A stretch of 64,000 bases of DNA. Origin: an uncultured virus (IMG/VR IMGVR_UViG_3300024354_000012) (taxonomy: Duplodnaviria; Heunggongvirae; Uroviricota; Caudoviricetes). Below the pieces are notes generated by a model that searched no databases, was not told where the DNA came from, and saw only the letters and a list, made by a program, of their open reading frames with translations. The position numbers were made by a program, and so were the translations under genes. The stretch is taken from the IMG/VR virus record IMGVR_UViG_3300024354_000012, one strand, 5' to 3'. Shown here piece by piece: positions 55,283 to 64,000 of this stretch. Numbering within the stretch: the first letter of the stretch is position 1; each line of letters begins with the position of its first letter.

Positions 55283-55822
55283 ATGGCAAAATATTACTCA
55301 ACAAAAACTTACGGCAATGACAGAGGGCTGTCATGCTGTTTTAGACAATGGCGTTCAACACATAGCCATTGTTCACTATTACACGGTTACTCTATCGGAA
55401 TCAAACTGATTTTTGAAAGTGAAACCCTAGATGATCGCAATTGGGTCATGGACTTTGGAGGTCTAAAGGCATTCAAAGAATGGTCAGAATTTATGTTTGA
55501 TCATACCTTGGTAGTCGCCCATGATGATCCTCATCTTGAAAAATTTCAAACGCTAGCAGAATTGGGTTTGAATGATGTAGGAGGGATCTGCGATCTACGT
55601 GTAGTCGACGGAGTCGGTTGTGAAAAGTTTGCCGAATTGGCATACAAAACAATGGACGATATCTTGAAAACGTTCCAAGCAGGTAAAGTTTGGCGTTACA
55701 CTGATCATAGAAACAATTACCTAAAAGCGTTCGAACCTCGCTATCCTGTAGGCAGCGGTGTGAGGATCAAGAGCGCAGAAGTATTCGAACACGCAGGTAA
55801 TTCCGCGATCTACGAAGGTTAA
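55283..55822 (+). CDS. queD: 6-carboxy-tetrahydropterin synthase / PTPS family (start refined)
   Basis: SHCSLLHGY, MDFGGLK, FDH, E.FA, terminal FE; AGGAG RBS. Confidence 0.8.
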   Translation: MAKYYSTKTYGNDRGLSCCFRQWRSTHSHCSLLHGYSIGIKLIFESETLDDRNWVMDFGGLKAFKEWSEFMFDHTLVVAHDDPHLEKFQTLAELGLNDVGGICDLRVVDGVGCEKFAELAYKTMDDILKTFQAGKVWRYTDHRNNYLKAFEPRYPVGSGVRIKSAEVFEHAGNSAIYEG

Positions 55823-55824
55823 TC

Positions 55825-56523
55825 ATGCTCAATGTGATCTGTTTAAAACACGGAACCAAGTACAGTTCCGATTATGTAAACAGATTGTATAACATGATCG
55901 AGAGGCATCTAACGGTGCCTCATCGTTTTGTCTGCTTCACAGACGATCCTTCAAATCTAAACACAGCTATCGAAATACGTATGCTGCCAGACAATCACCT
56001 ACAAGGTTGGTGGTGGAAACCATATGTATTCAAAAAAGATCATTTTCCAGAAGGAGATACTTGCTTCTTTATAGATCTAGATATGGTCATTGTACGAAAC
56101 ATCGATCATTTGATTTCCTATAGGTCAGGAGATTTTGTAGGACTGAGAGACCCTGGTCGTGTGTTTAGGAGAGATTATCAAAAATTAGGCAGCGCAGTCA
56201 TGCGTTGGCCAGCAGGAAAATTTTCTAATATATGGGATGATTTTGTAGTCAAATTTGAAACTATCTGCGCTAGACTACACGGAGATCAAGATTGGATATA
56301 TGATCTACACAAAAATAACATTTACTTCTATCCAGACGAATGGATCAAAAGTTATAAATGGGAAGTACGAACTAGGGATGAAATTTTAGGCTTCGGTAAG
56401 AATTCAAAATTTAAATTCGTATCTAATCCCAAAGTTTTAAAAGAAACTGCTGTGTTGGCCTTCCACGGGTATCCTATGGTACACGAAGTTCAAGATCCTA
56501 TTATCGTAGACAATTGGAGATAG
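55825..56523 (+). CDS. glycosyltransferase (GT-A, GT8-like)
   Basis: FVCFTD, WWWK, DLD, GDQDWI, FHGYP. Confidence 0.8.
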   Translation: MLNVICLKHGTKYSSDYVNRLYNMIERHLTVPHRFVCFTDDPSNLNTAIEIRMLPDNHLQGWWWKPYVFKKDHFPEGDTCFFIDLDMVIVRNIDHLISYRSGDFVGLRDPGRVFRRDYQKLGSAVMRWPAGKFSNIWDDFVVKFETICARLHGDQDWIYDLHKNNIYFYPDEWIKSYKWEVRTRDEILGFGKNSKFKFVSNPKVLKETAVLAFHGYPMVHEVQDPIIVDNWR

Positions 56524-57323
56524 GGCGAAAGCAGGCTCTGAGGAATGCCTTCTCTCATTTCATCTTCAGTCCATTCACACCAACAAATATCATTAGCCCA
56601 TTGTTCTCTATCCAATCTTGGTAGATTTTCGATCAAAGAAATATCAGTAGCAGAAACAGGTGCTGCCAAACTGCTTCTATCTACTATAGCCGGAACTCCT
56701 GCTATAACAGATTCGATACCAGGATTGCTATTATGGTTAATAACACAATAGGCATCCAGAAGTTCTTGTTGGAAAGGTTTAGAATCGTCAACTTCCACTC
56801 CACTAACCGCAAACTTAAATCTAGGATGTTGGCGCAACACTATATTCCTGTCTGTATACTTTCGAACTTCTTCTATTATATTTTTGGTCCAGGTAATAGG
56901 ATCAGGCTGACCTGCCCACTGTTGGCTGTGTGCGTGTTGAGAACATATGATTATCTTTCCGTCATTGTTCTTCCAAGGCTGTAGTTCTATTCCTAATTTC
57001 TTTCTACGTGTCGAATCTTTTGGACCTTGTACAAAATAGTGTCCTGCGTTTATGCCGTTGACTCCTATCTTCCAAGTGATATCTCTTTTCAGTCCGCCGA
57101 TTTCCAAAACTACTACCGGCTTGTTTTGGGCTCTATATGAATCAAAAACAGCTTTGTTGAATCTCATACGACCATACCAAAGCACACTCCAGATAACGGC
57201 TACGTCACCGTCTCCGGAATTATAAACGACTTCGTGTCGAAATTTTTTCAAACCTCGAGCAAAGGATTCGAATATGGGCGGACTATTCATGGCCCCGAAA
57301 TTGGTGTAGAGATCAAATTTCAT
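56490..57323 (-). CDS. capsule-biosynthesis-type GT-B glycosyltransferase-like protein
   Basis: RQHPR and NSNPGIESVIAGVP. Confidence 0.7.
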   Translation of the reverse strand: MKFDLYTNFGAMNSPPIFESFARGLKKFRHEVVYNSGDGDVAVIWSVLWYGRMRFNKAVFDSYRAQNKPVVVLEIGGLKRDITWKIGVNGINAGHYFVQGPKDSTRRKKLGIELQPWKNNDGKIIICSQHAHSQQWAGQPDPITWTKNIIEEVRKYTDRNIVLRQHPRFKFAVSGVEVDDSKPFQQELLDAYCVINHNSNPGIESVIAGVPAIVDRSSLAAPVSATDISLIENLPRLDREQWANDICWCEWTEDEMREGIPQSLLSPYLQLSTIIGS

Positions 57324-57333
57324 ACTGTATATA

Positions 57334-57362
57334 TTGACTTATAGCTCTGTTGATAGTATAAT
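57334..57362 (+). promoter_or_regulatory. sigma70-type promoter
   Basis: TTGACT-17nt-TATAAT, ATG 6 nt downstream. Confidence 0.8.
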
Positions 57363-57368
57363 AAGACT

Positions 57369-57830
57369 ATGACTAAGACTATCTTCTATAAAAAAGTAGG
57401 ACGCCGTTATGTTCCGGTTTCGGAATATGACAGCGAATATTTGGATAGCTTTCCAAAAGGAAATCATTTGGTCAGTGTATATCCGGGAGGTTCTAGTCGA
57501 AGATTCAATATCAATCCAAACTACGCTGCTATGATCGCAGCAGGCCGAATTGCCGAAGATGCTATCAGTCGTGCTGTCTATCAAGCGACAGAAGTCCGAC
57601 CAAAACGCAAAGCTATGACCCAGGCAGAAATAGATGCTTGGAACAATCTTATCAAAGTATGGGGAGAAGAAGCTCGTGGCCTTGTTCACCCATCTGCTAG
57701 AGAAGTTGCTGAAGTCGGAGTCGCTGCTATGGTAGAAGAAGCTGAAAAACTTTTACAAAACGAAAGTGTTCGCAAGGCATATGAACATTTTATGCTAATG
57801 TGCGAACTTACCAAGGATAAAAATGACTAA
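57369..57830 (+). CDS. hypothetical phage protein
   Basis: YKKVGRRYVPV motif. Confidence 0.75.
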   Translation: MTKTIFYKKVGRRYVPVSEYDSEYLDSFPKGNHLVSVYPGGSSRRFNINPNYAAMIAAGRIAEDAISRAVYQATEVRPKRKAMTQAEIDAWNNLIKVWGEEARGLVHPSAREVAEVGVAAMVEEAEKLLQNESVRKAYEHFMLMCELTKDKND

Positions 57831-58233
57831 GATTGGTTTTACTTGCTCTACGTTTGATCTGTTCCACGCAGGTCATGTGATGATGCTAGAAGAAGCTAAA
57901 ACAAAATGCGATTATCTAATTGTGGGATTACAGACCGATCCCACACTAGATCGGCCACACAAGAATAAACCTGTACAAGGTGTATTTGAAAGGTGGGTAC
58001 AGCTTAATGGCTGTAAGCATGTGGATCAGATCGTTCCATATGCTACAGAACAAGAGCTCTACGATATCTTGAATTCTTTTCCTATTGATGTTAGAATATT
58101 AGGAGAAGAATACATAGACAAAGATTTTACTGGCAGCGGTCTACCGATGGAATATCATTTCAATAGACGCAGGCACAGTTTTTCCACAACCGAATTAAGA
58201 CAGCGTGTAGTTGACGCAGAAAGCAACAAATGA
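57823..58233 (+). CDS. cytidylyltransferase (TagD-like)
   Basis: FDLFHAGH, LIVGL, STTELR. Confidence 0.88.
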   Translation: MTKIGFTCSTFDLFHAGHVMMLEEAKTKCDYLIVGLQTDPTLDRPHKNKPVQGVFERWVQLNGCKHVDQIVPYATEQELYDILNSFPIDVRILGEEYIDKDFTGSGLPMEYHFNRRRHSFSTTELRQRVVDAESNK

Positions 58234-59258
58234 CTAAACGTATAGGGTTTGCCTGTAAATGGATCGACGGTCCTAGCCAAATCGACGGCATCAAACAGAA
58301 GGACGACTGTAAGCAGTACAATACAGGTAGCACCACTGTGGCATGGTTAAATAGACAGACGAGAGAAGTAGCAGAACAAAAGCTATGGGATCTAGCTAAT
58401 GCTAATATCGAAGCTACTCGTAAACTTGTCGAACGTGTAGGAGAATTACCCGATGAACTCCGTATGGTCCGCCTTAGCAGTGATATTCTTCCTGTCTACA
58501 CTGAGCCTAGCTGGTCTTACTATTATCGTCAGCCTGATGTCCGCTTACATCTTGAAAGAGCCTTTTCGAGTGTGGGCGATCTGGGACGCAGTCGGGGGGT
58601 ACGCCTTAGCTTTCACCCTGGTCAATTTTGTGTGTTGGCTAGTGATAATGATGACGTTGTTAGTCGCTCTATAGAGGAGTTCGAATATCATGTGGACATG
58701 GCTCGCTGGATGGGATATGGCAAAACGTTTCAAGACTTTAAAATCAATGTTCATATCGCAGGCCGACAAGGCCCAATGGGAATACGTGCTGCGTTGGCTA
58801 GGATGACTCCCGAGGCCCGTAACACGCTAACTATCGAAAATGATGAAATGACTTGGGGCATAGAAGACAGCATCGAGCTAGTCAACGATTGTGCCCTTGT
58901 ACTAGATATACATCATCATTGGGTAAACTCAGGAGAATATATCGATGCTAATGACGACCGTGTTAAAAGGATTATTGATAGCTGGCGGGGTGCTAGCCGC
59001 CCTGTGCTTCATTACTCTGTCAGCCGTGAAGATATATTGGTTGGACACGACATGTATACCCTTCCTGATATGGCCCAACTGCTGAGCCAAGGATACAAAA
59101 AACAAAAACTCAGAGCTCATTCTAACTTTTACTGGAATCAACCAGCAAACGAATGGGCTCTGAGTTTCCGAGACAACTTCGATATCATGTGCGAGAGCAA
59201 AGCTAAAAATCTAGCTAGTTTCGCACTATACGAAGAAGCGCAACAGTTAGGCTGCTGA
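58230..59258 (+). CDS. uvsE: UV damage endonuclease
   Basis: RIGFAC, RLSS, FHPGQFCVL, END, DIHHH, AHS, ESKAK. Confidence 0.9.
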   Translation: MTKRIGFACKWIDGPSQIDGIKQKDDCKQYNTGSTTVAWLNRQTREVAEQKLWDLANANIEATRKLVERVGELPDELRMVRLSSDILPVYTEPSWSYYYRQPDVRLHLERAFSSVGDLGRSRGVRLSFHPGQFCVLASDNDDVVSRSIEEFEYHVDMARWMGYGKTFQDFKINVHIAGRQGPMGIRAALARMTPEARNTLTIENDEMTWGIEDSIELVNDCALVLDIHHHWVNSGEYIDANDDRVKRIIDSWRGASRPVLHYSVSREDILVGHDMYTLPDMAQLLSQGYKKQKLRAHSNFYWNQPANEWALSFRDNFDIMCESKAKNLASFALYEEAQQLGC

Positions 59259-59516
59259 TTTTGGTTTACGGCCGCGTTTAGGCGTTCCTTCTTTCTTCTG
59301 AGCAGGCTTCTTAGCAGGAGCCTTTTTCTTTGGAGTAGGAATGCTCTTTACAGCAGCTTCTGTAGCAGCTTCAGCTACGCTAACTGGTGGTTCAACTTTA
59401 TATGGGGCTACTGGTGTAGAATTAGCTACAGCTACCGCAGAACTATCTGTAGTAGGACTGCCTGCCGGTAATACAGTTGTACCAAACCCAAAAAGCTGTT
59501 TTAGAAATTTAATCAT
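59247..59516 (-). CDS. Lys/Ala/Pro-rich small protein
   Basis: TAAATA and AAGGAG RBS upstream. Confidence 0.7.
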   Translation of the reverse strand: MIKFLKQLFGFGTTVLPAGSPTTDSSAVAVANSTPVAPYKVEPPVSVAEAATEAAVKSIPTPKKKAPAKKPAQKKEGTPKRGRKPKSAA

Positions 59517-59556
59517 GTTAATCTCCTTACAGCCTATTTAGCTGGTAAATATAGTC

Positions 59557-60114
59557 ATGAAGGACATAAAGACCTATATCAATTTAATAGAAGTAGCAGA
59601 CAAACAGCTCAGGCAAGAGCCACTGCCTTATAAAAGAACCGAGCTAGATCCTGTTTTGAGTGAAAAAACTCTGGATTATCATTATGGTAAGCTAGCTAAA
59701 GCCTACGTAGAACGTTACAATAAAGGTGAAGGTGATTCAGATTTTAATAAAGGCGGAGCAGTACTACATAACATTTATTTTTCACAGCTAAAGCCGCCCG
59801 GTGGTGCTAATCGCCCATTCGGTGCTAGTGAAGAACTTATAGAAAGAAAATACAAATCGTTCGACAGTTTTAAAGAAGAATTTTTAAAAACTGCTATGAC
59901 TATACAGGGCAGCGGTTGGGTGTTTATGGACAGACAAGGTGAAATAAAGACTATAAAAAATCATAATATCACCGGTGATCCTACTAGGATAGCACTGTTA
60001 GTAGATTGGTGGGAACACGCTTGGGCATTAGATTACCAAGCAGACAAAGACAAATATATGAATAACTTTTGGCGCATAATAGATTGGGCCATAGTAAATG
60101 ATAGATTACAATAA
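59557..60114 (+). CDS. sod: Fe/Mn superoxide dismutase
   Basis: LPY, LHNIYF, GSGW, DWWEHAW. Confidence 0.88.
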   Translation: MKDIKTYINLIEVADKQLRQEPLPYKRTELDPVLSEKTLDYHYGKLAKAYVERYNKGEGDSDFNKGGAVLHNIYFSQLKPPGGANRPFGASEELIERKYKSFDSFKEEFLKTAMTIQGSGWVFMDRQGEIKTIKNHNITGDPTRIALLVDWWEHAWALDYQADKDKYMNNFWRIIDWAIVNDRLQ

Positions 60115-60130
60115 CTAAAGGAGACCAAAC

Positions 60131-60247
60131 ATGTTAGAAACAGTATTTTGGATTTTAGTAGGTGCATTCGTGGGCTGGCATATTCCACAGCCATCTTGGG
60201 CTAAGGCTTTGGAAGATAAAGTCAAAGGTTTTTTTATTAAGGACTAA
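60131..60247 (+). CDS. small membrane peptide (38 aa)
   Basis: AAGGAG RBS; MLETVFWILVGAFVGWHIPQP... Confidence 0.65.
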   Translation: MLETVFWILVGAFVGWHIPQPSWAKALEDKVKGFFIKD

Positions 60248-60249
60248 TC

Positions 60250-60669
60250 GTGGCATATAGCAACCAGGTTATTGATCATTATGAAAACCCCCGCAATGTG
60301 GGTAGTCTTGATAAGTCTGATCCTACCGTTGGTACTGGTATGGTTGGGGCACCTGCTTGCGGCGATGTGATGAAACTTCAAATAAAGGTAGATGAAAATG
60401 GAATCATCGAAGACGCAAAGTTTAAAACCTACGGGTGCGGTTCGGCGATTGCGAGTAGCTCGCTCGTTACCGAATGGCTTAAAGGTAAGACGCTCGACCA
60501 AGCGGGTACGATTAAAAATTCGGCTATCGCAGCAGAACTCGCTTTGCCCCCCGTCAAGATCCACTGCTCTATCCTCGCAGAAGATGCTATTAAATCAGCC
60601 ATTGAAGATTATCGTAGAAAGCAAAGAGAAACTGAATTAAATGATAACACTGTCGGAACTAGCAGCTGA
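60250..60669 (+). CDS. iscU: Fe-S cluster scaffold IscU
   Basis: [30 protein letters not shown]. Confidence 0.95.
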   Translation: MAYSNQVIDHYENPRNVGSLDKSDPTVGTGMVGAPACGDVMKLQIKVDENGIIEDAKFKTYGCGSAIASSSLVTEWLKGKTLDQAGTIKNSAIAAELALPPVKIHCSILAEDAIKSAIEDYRRKQRETELNDNTVGTSS

Positions 60670-60961
60670 AAAAGTAAAGACACAGTTAGAACGCAGAGGC
60701 AAAGGATTGGGCATAAGAGTAGGAGTAAAAAACTCCGGATGTTCAGGTCTTGCTTATGTTTTAGAATATGTCGACACTCCAAACGAGCATGATGACGTTT
60801 GGCAAAGCAATGGTGTTAACATTTACACAGATAAGAAATCTCTAGTGTACCTGCTAGGTTTAGAAATGGATTGGATCAAAAACGGACTTAACGAAGGGTT
60901 TGATTTTAAAAACCCCAACGAAACTGCTCGCTGCGGGTGTGGGGAAAGTTTCAAAGTATAG
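60641..60961 (+). CDS. iscA: Fe-S cluster carrier IscA
   Basis: [11 protein letters not shown]...CGCGESF. Confidence 0.95.
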   Translation: MITLSELAAEKVKTQLERRGKGLGIRVGVKNSGCSGLAYVLEYVDTPNEHDDVWQSNGVNIYTDKKSLVYLLGLEMDWIKNGLNEGFDFKNPNETARCGCGESFKV

Positions 60962-60962
60962 A

Positions 60963-61057
60963 ACACCTACCTTAGGACGTTATCGTTACATAGGTGTGCC
61001 CGGCTGCTGGGCGAGGATGATAGTAGGAGTCGTGCCCGAGGGCATCCTTAAGTGAGC
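60963..61057 (+). ncRNA. structured RNA, unknown
   Basis: ACACCTA/TAGGTGT, GCCCG/TGGGC, AGGATG/CATCCT hairpins. Confidence 0.5.
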
Positions 61058-61058
61058 A

Positions 61059-61346
61059 TTAATATTTGCTAACAGGTAACAGACTGCTAGCGGGCATGTC
61101 CCATATCTTTTTCCTATCTACTCCTTTTTTCTGTGCGAAACGTTTAACATCGCACTTTGAGCAGCAATGGAAATAATTGTTACTTAGACGCCTATGGTCT
61201 ATGTGTTTTAGATCTCTTTCAAATTCTTCATCACAACTGTCGCAACGGAATACCGCCACAGTCTTTTCTCTCGTATAGACATGATCCTTACCTAGCTTGC
61301 TAGGTCTAGTGTATTCTGTGGTACGTGTCAGTTGTTTCAAGTACAT
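61059..61346 (-). CDS. Cys-rich zinc-binding hypothetical protein
   Basis: CDSC...CCSKC; TAAATA-N4-ATG. Confidence 0.7.
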   Translation of the reverse strand: MYLKQLTRTTEYTRPSKLGKDHVYTREKTVAVFRCDSCDEEFERDLKHIDHRRLSNNYFHCCSKCDVKRFAQKKGVDRKKIWDMPASSLLPVSKY

Positions 61347-61418
61347 AAGATATTTACATTCGGCTTATAGAATTTTGGGCTAAATATTAGGAGCAAGTAG
61401 CTTTTTCCGGAGTTTATA

Positions 61419-64000
61419 ATGGCTAGACAAGAGATTAATATTGGTATCGAAGGCAATGACGGTACCGGCGACAGTATTCGTGACAGTTTTAAGAAAGTCA
61501 ACGAAAATTTCACAGAACTATATGCTATTCTAGGACAAGAAGGTAAACTGTCCTTTACTGGGCTATCTGACACACCTAGCCAGATACGCCTAGCTGATTC
61601 AAATAAAATACTGGTCGTTGATGGTGTAACTGAAGAAATTGTTTTTAAAGAACTAGTAGGTGATGCTACTCTAGTTATCAACCAAGTAGATCCAGGAGTT
61701 ATCCGTTTTAGTTCTCTAGCTTCTGCGTTGATCAACGATGCCACTCCAACACTTGCTGCCAACTTAAACTCTAATTTCAAACGTCTAACAAATCTTAGTC
61801 CAGCTCAATTAGATACAGATGCTGCTACAAAAGGATATGTAGACGGAAAATTATCTCTAGCTGGCGTAAATGCTAGAGATCCAAACACTAATGCTATTAG
61901 GACAGAATGGGGAACTATGACTGGTCCGCTGATCCTAAGCAGAAATCCTATACAAAGCGATGATGCCAACTACAATGGGTTAATCGCTGCTACAAAATCT
62001 TATGTAGATGGCAAAACATTTACCAGTGCTAATAACATCTTTGTTGCTAAAAATGGTAGCGACAATAGAACAGATATTCCAGAAAACCAAAGAGGACGTT
62101 CTTGGTCAGCTGCCTATGCTACTGTTAGCTATGCTGCTCAAGTAGCAGAGCAGATCATTAACAGTGCTCCATTTGAACTAGGTCCTTATAGAAAGAAACT
62201 TACCTACGATTTTGGTACCAAGAATTCAACACTTTATTCGTTTGCTGCTTCTCCCTTGTCAGGAGTAGGTGCTACAGCAGTAGCAAGGATGGGCGTCGAT
62301 TCTTTCACTATCCCTATCGTAGGAACTGGGTACGAACTCGGAGATGTGTTAACGCTATCTGGAGGTACTCCTGTTATTCCAGCACAGGTGCGTGTAGAAG
62401 CCAAAGATATCACAGGCGGCATTACTCAACTTTCTATCGTAGAAGCAGGTGTCTATAGCGCATTACCTGATAATATAACCAATATCACTCTCGTAGGAGG
62501 AACCGGTAACGGTGCTAGGATATCGGCTACCTGGAAAGTCAGTAGCATCATAGTTACTAATGGAGGTAGCAATTACGGTTCTGCTTCTGCCATATTCTCA
62601 GGAGGATCTCCTACATTAGGAGCAGAAGCCACTCCTATAGAAGTAGGTGGAGTTATCAAGGATGTGAATATCGTAAGCAATGGTTCTGGATATACATCTA
62701 TTCCAACTATCGATATCTATCTACCAAGAATAACCATAACTACAGAAAATCTAGGTTCCGACTTTGACAACGATCTATCAGATGGTCAACTATTACGAGG
62801 ATTAACTTCAGGTGCTGTAGCTAGAATCGTTAACTTTGCTGCCGAAATAGATAATCTAGGCAACGAAATATTTGATATACAAACACTTACTGGTAATCTT
62901 CTTGTAGGAGAAGAAATAGAATACGGCCAAGCTACCAAGAACGTACAAGTTACTATTGAAGTAGAAAGTGGTATCTATTACGAACATTTTCCTATACGTC
63001 TAGCAGCTAACGTTTCTATCAAAGGAACAGAATTTAGACGTGTCCAGATCAGACCAAAACCAGGAATCAGCAGATCCCCTTGGGCTAGATTATATTTCCG
63101 TAGAGATCCTATCATCGACGGAATCCGTGTCTCGACCACAGAATACGGTTATCACTATCTAACAGATCCGCTGGACTACTCAAGCACTCCCAAGAATAAC
63201 GACGAAATGGATGTGTTCTTAGCCAATGACGCTGTTGTTGTACGTAACATGAGTGTTCAAGGTCACGGCGGATTCATGATGGTACTTGACCCCGAAGGTC
63301 AGATATCTGCCAAGTCACCATACATGCAAGTTGGATCAAGTTTTACTGGCAGCACTAATGCCAAGAGATTTGCTGGTGGACAATACGTCGATGGATTCGT
63401 AGCTAACATGCCCGGTGTGCTACTAGATAAGAGCGATGACGGATATAAGATCACTATCGGTGGTCTTTACAGAGAACCTCAGCTACCAACATCATTTGTG
63501 TTCGGCAGTGATTTATATAGGATTACCTTAGCGACTAGAGTAGAAACACCATATTTTGGCGCTAAGACTCTGCTGGCTGCTAACAAAACATTCATACAAA
63601 CAGAAACCATAGCATGGATCAATTCACCTAGTGGATTTCCTAATCTAAACTATGACGAAGATATTTGTTATAGAGATGTAGGACTGATCGTTGATGCTGT
63701 CATGGAAGACCTTCTATATGGCGGTTATAGACATAGCTCACAAGCAGGTAGACTATATTTTTCTAGTGGTTCTACTATCATTGCCGGTCAAGTAACACAG
63801 ACTGCCGCAGCTATAAGACATGCTAGAGATATCGCGATAAAATGTATCAAACAAGAACTGTTTACACCTGTGCTAGGCAGCGCAGGACAAACTACTATTC
63901 CGTCGATCACTGATGGTGCCACTGCTCAAACTATCGTTGACAACTGTTTTGAAATCATAGCTAATATTGTTCAATACGGAGAAGCTATGTATAAGGCCAA
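61419..64000 (+). CDS. large baseplate/tail structural protein, T4 gp9/gp10-like N-terminus (runs off window)
   Basis: MARQEINIG...NDGTGDSIRDSFKKVNENFTELY; AATKGYVD and GG.G.GA repeats. Confidence 0.8.
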   Translation, partial: MARQEINIGIEGNDGTGDSIRDSFKKVNENFTELYAILGQEGKLSFTGLSDTPSQIRLADSNKILVVDGVTEEIVFKELVGDATLVINQVDPGVIRFSSLASALINDATPTLAANLNSNFKRLTNLSPAQLDTDAATKGYVDGKLSLAGVNARDPNTNAIRTEWGTMTGPLILSRNPIQSDDANYNGLIAATKSYVDGKTFTSANNIFVAKNGSDNRTDIPENQRGRSWSAAYATVSYAAQVAEQIINSAPFELGPYRKKLTYDFGTKNSTLYSFAASPLSGVGATAVARMGVDSFTIPIVGTGYELGDVLTLSGGTPVIPAQVRVEAKDITGGITQLSIVEAGVYSALPDNITNITLVGGTGNGARISATWKVSSIIVTNGGSNYGSASAIFSGGSPTLGAEATPIEVGGVIKDVNIVSNGSGYTSIPTIDIYLPRITITTENLGSDFDNDLSDGQLLRGLTSGAVARIVNFAAEIDNLGNEIFDIQTLTGNLLVGEEIEYGQATKNVQVTIEVESGIYYEHFPIRLAANVSIKGTEFRRVQIRPKPGISRSPWARLYFRRDPIIDGIRVSTTEYGYHYLTDPLDYSSTPKNNDEMDVFLANDAVVVRNMSVQGHGGFMMVLDPEGQISAKSPYMQVGSSFTGSTNAKRFAGGQYVDGFVANMPGVLLDKSDDGYKITIGGLYREPQLPTSFVFGSDLYRITLATRVETPYFGAKTLLAANKTFIQTETIAWINSPSGFPNLNYDEDICYRDVGLIVDAVMEDLLYGGYRHSSQAGRLYFSSGSTIIAGQVTQTAAAIRHARDIAIKCIKQELFTPVLGSAGQTTIPSITDGATAQTIVDNCFEIIANIVQYGEAMYKA

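Noticed and set aside
1..64000. CRISPR array, integrase, transposase or group I/II intron
   Set aside because: No regularly spaced direct repeats or recognisable motifs seen.
1..64000. Stop-codon reassignment
   Set aside because: Known genes are intact in the standard code and end in TAA, TAG or TGA; no CTA, TTA or TCA anticodon tRNA found (25536 reads CAA in a 7-nt loop).

Overview
This window looks like part of a large T4-like or 'huge' phage genome. It is gene-dense and AT-rich, uses the standard genetic code, and has host sigma70-type early promoters plus a TAAATA late-promoter motif. Layout: (1) 1-6.3 kb, small paralogous '...F.LKW' ORFs, HAD nucleotidase, nucleotide-sugar dehydrogenase, ClpP, IF-1. 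(2) 6.4-22.7 kb, a modification island with six radical SAM enzymes, a QueC-like ATPase, a PLP enzyme, cupin/2OG oxygenases, an SDR and kinase-like pairs. (3) 22.7-34.6 kb, an array of 35 tRNA genes covering all 20 amino acids, interleaved with unexplained structured RNAs. (4) 34.6-49.4 kb, early/accessory genes: DksA/TraR, phosphatases and kinase, AhpC/AhpD, porin, Hc1-like protein, and a 23-aa PqqA missed by the ORF track. (5) 49.4-64 kb, tail-fibre/baseplate proteins, QueD, glycosyltransferases, UvsE, SOD, IscU/IscA. The top finding sits at the head of the tRNA array. A perfect sigma70 promoter drives a 49-codon leader ORF that contains all 20 amino acids and 37 different codons. It overlaps mutually exclusive antiterminator/terminator hairpins, so it is a candidate universal tRNA-depletion-sensing attenuator. 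All calls come from reading motifs by eye; no database searches or folding programs were run.
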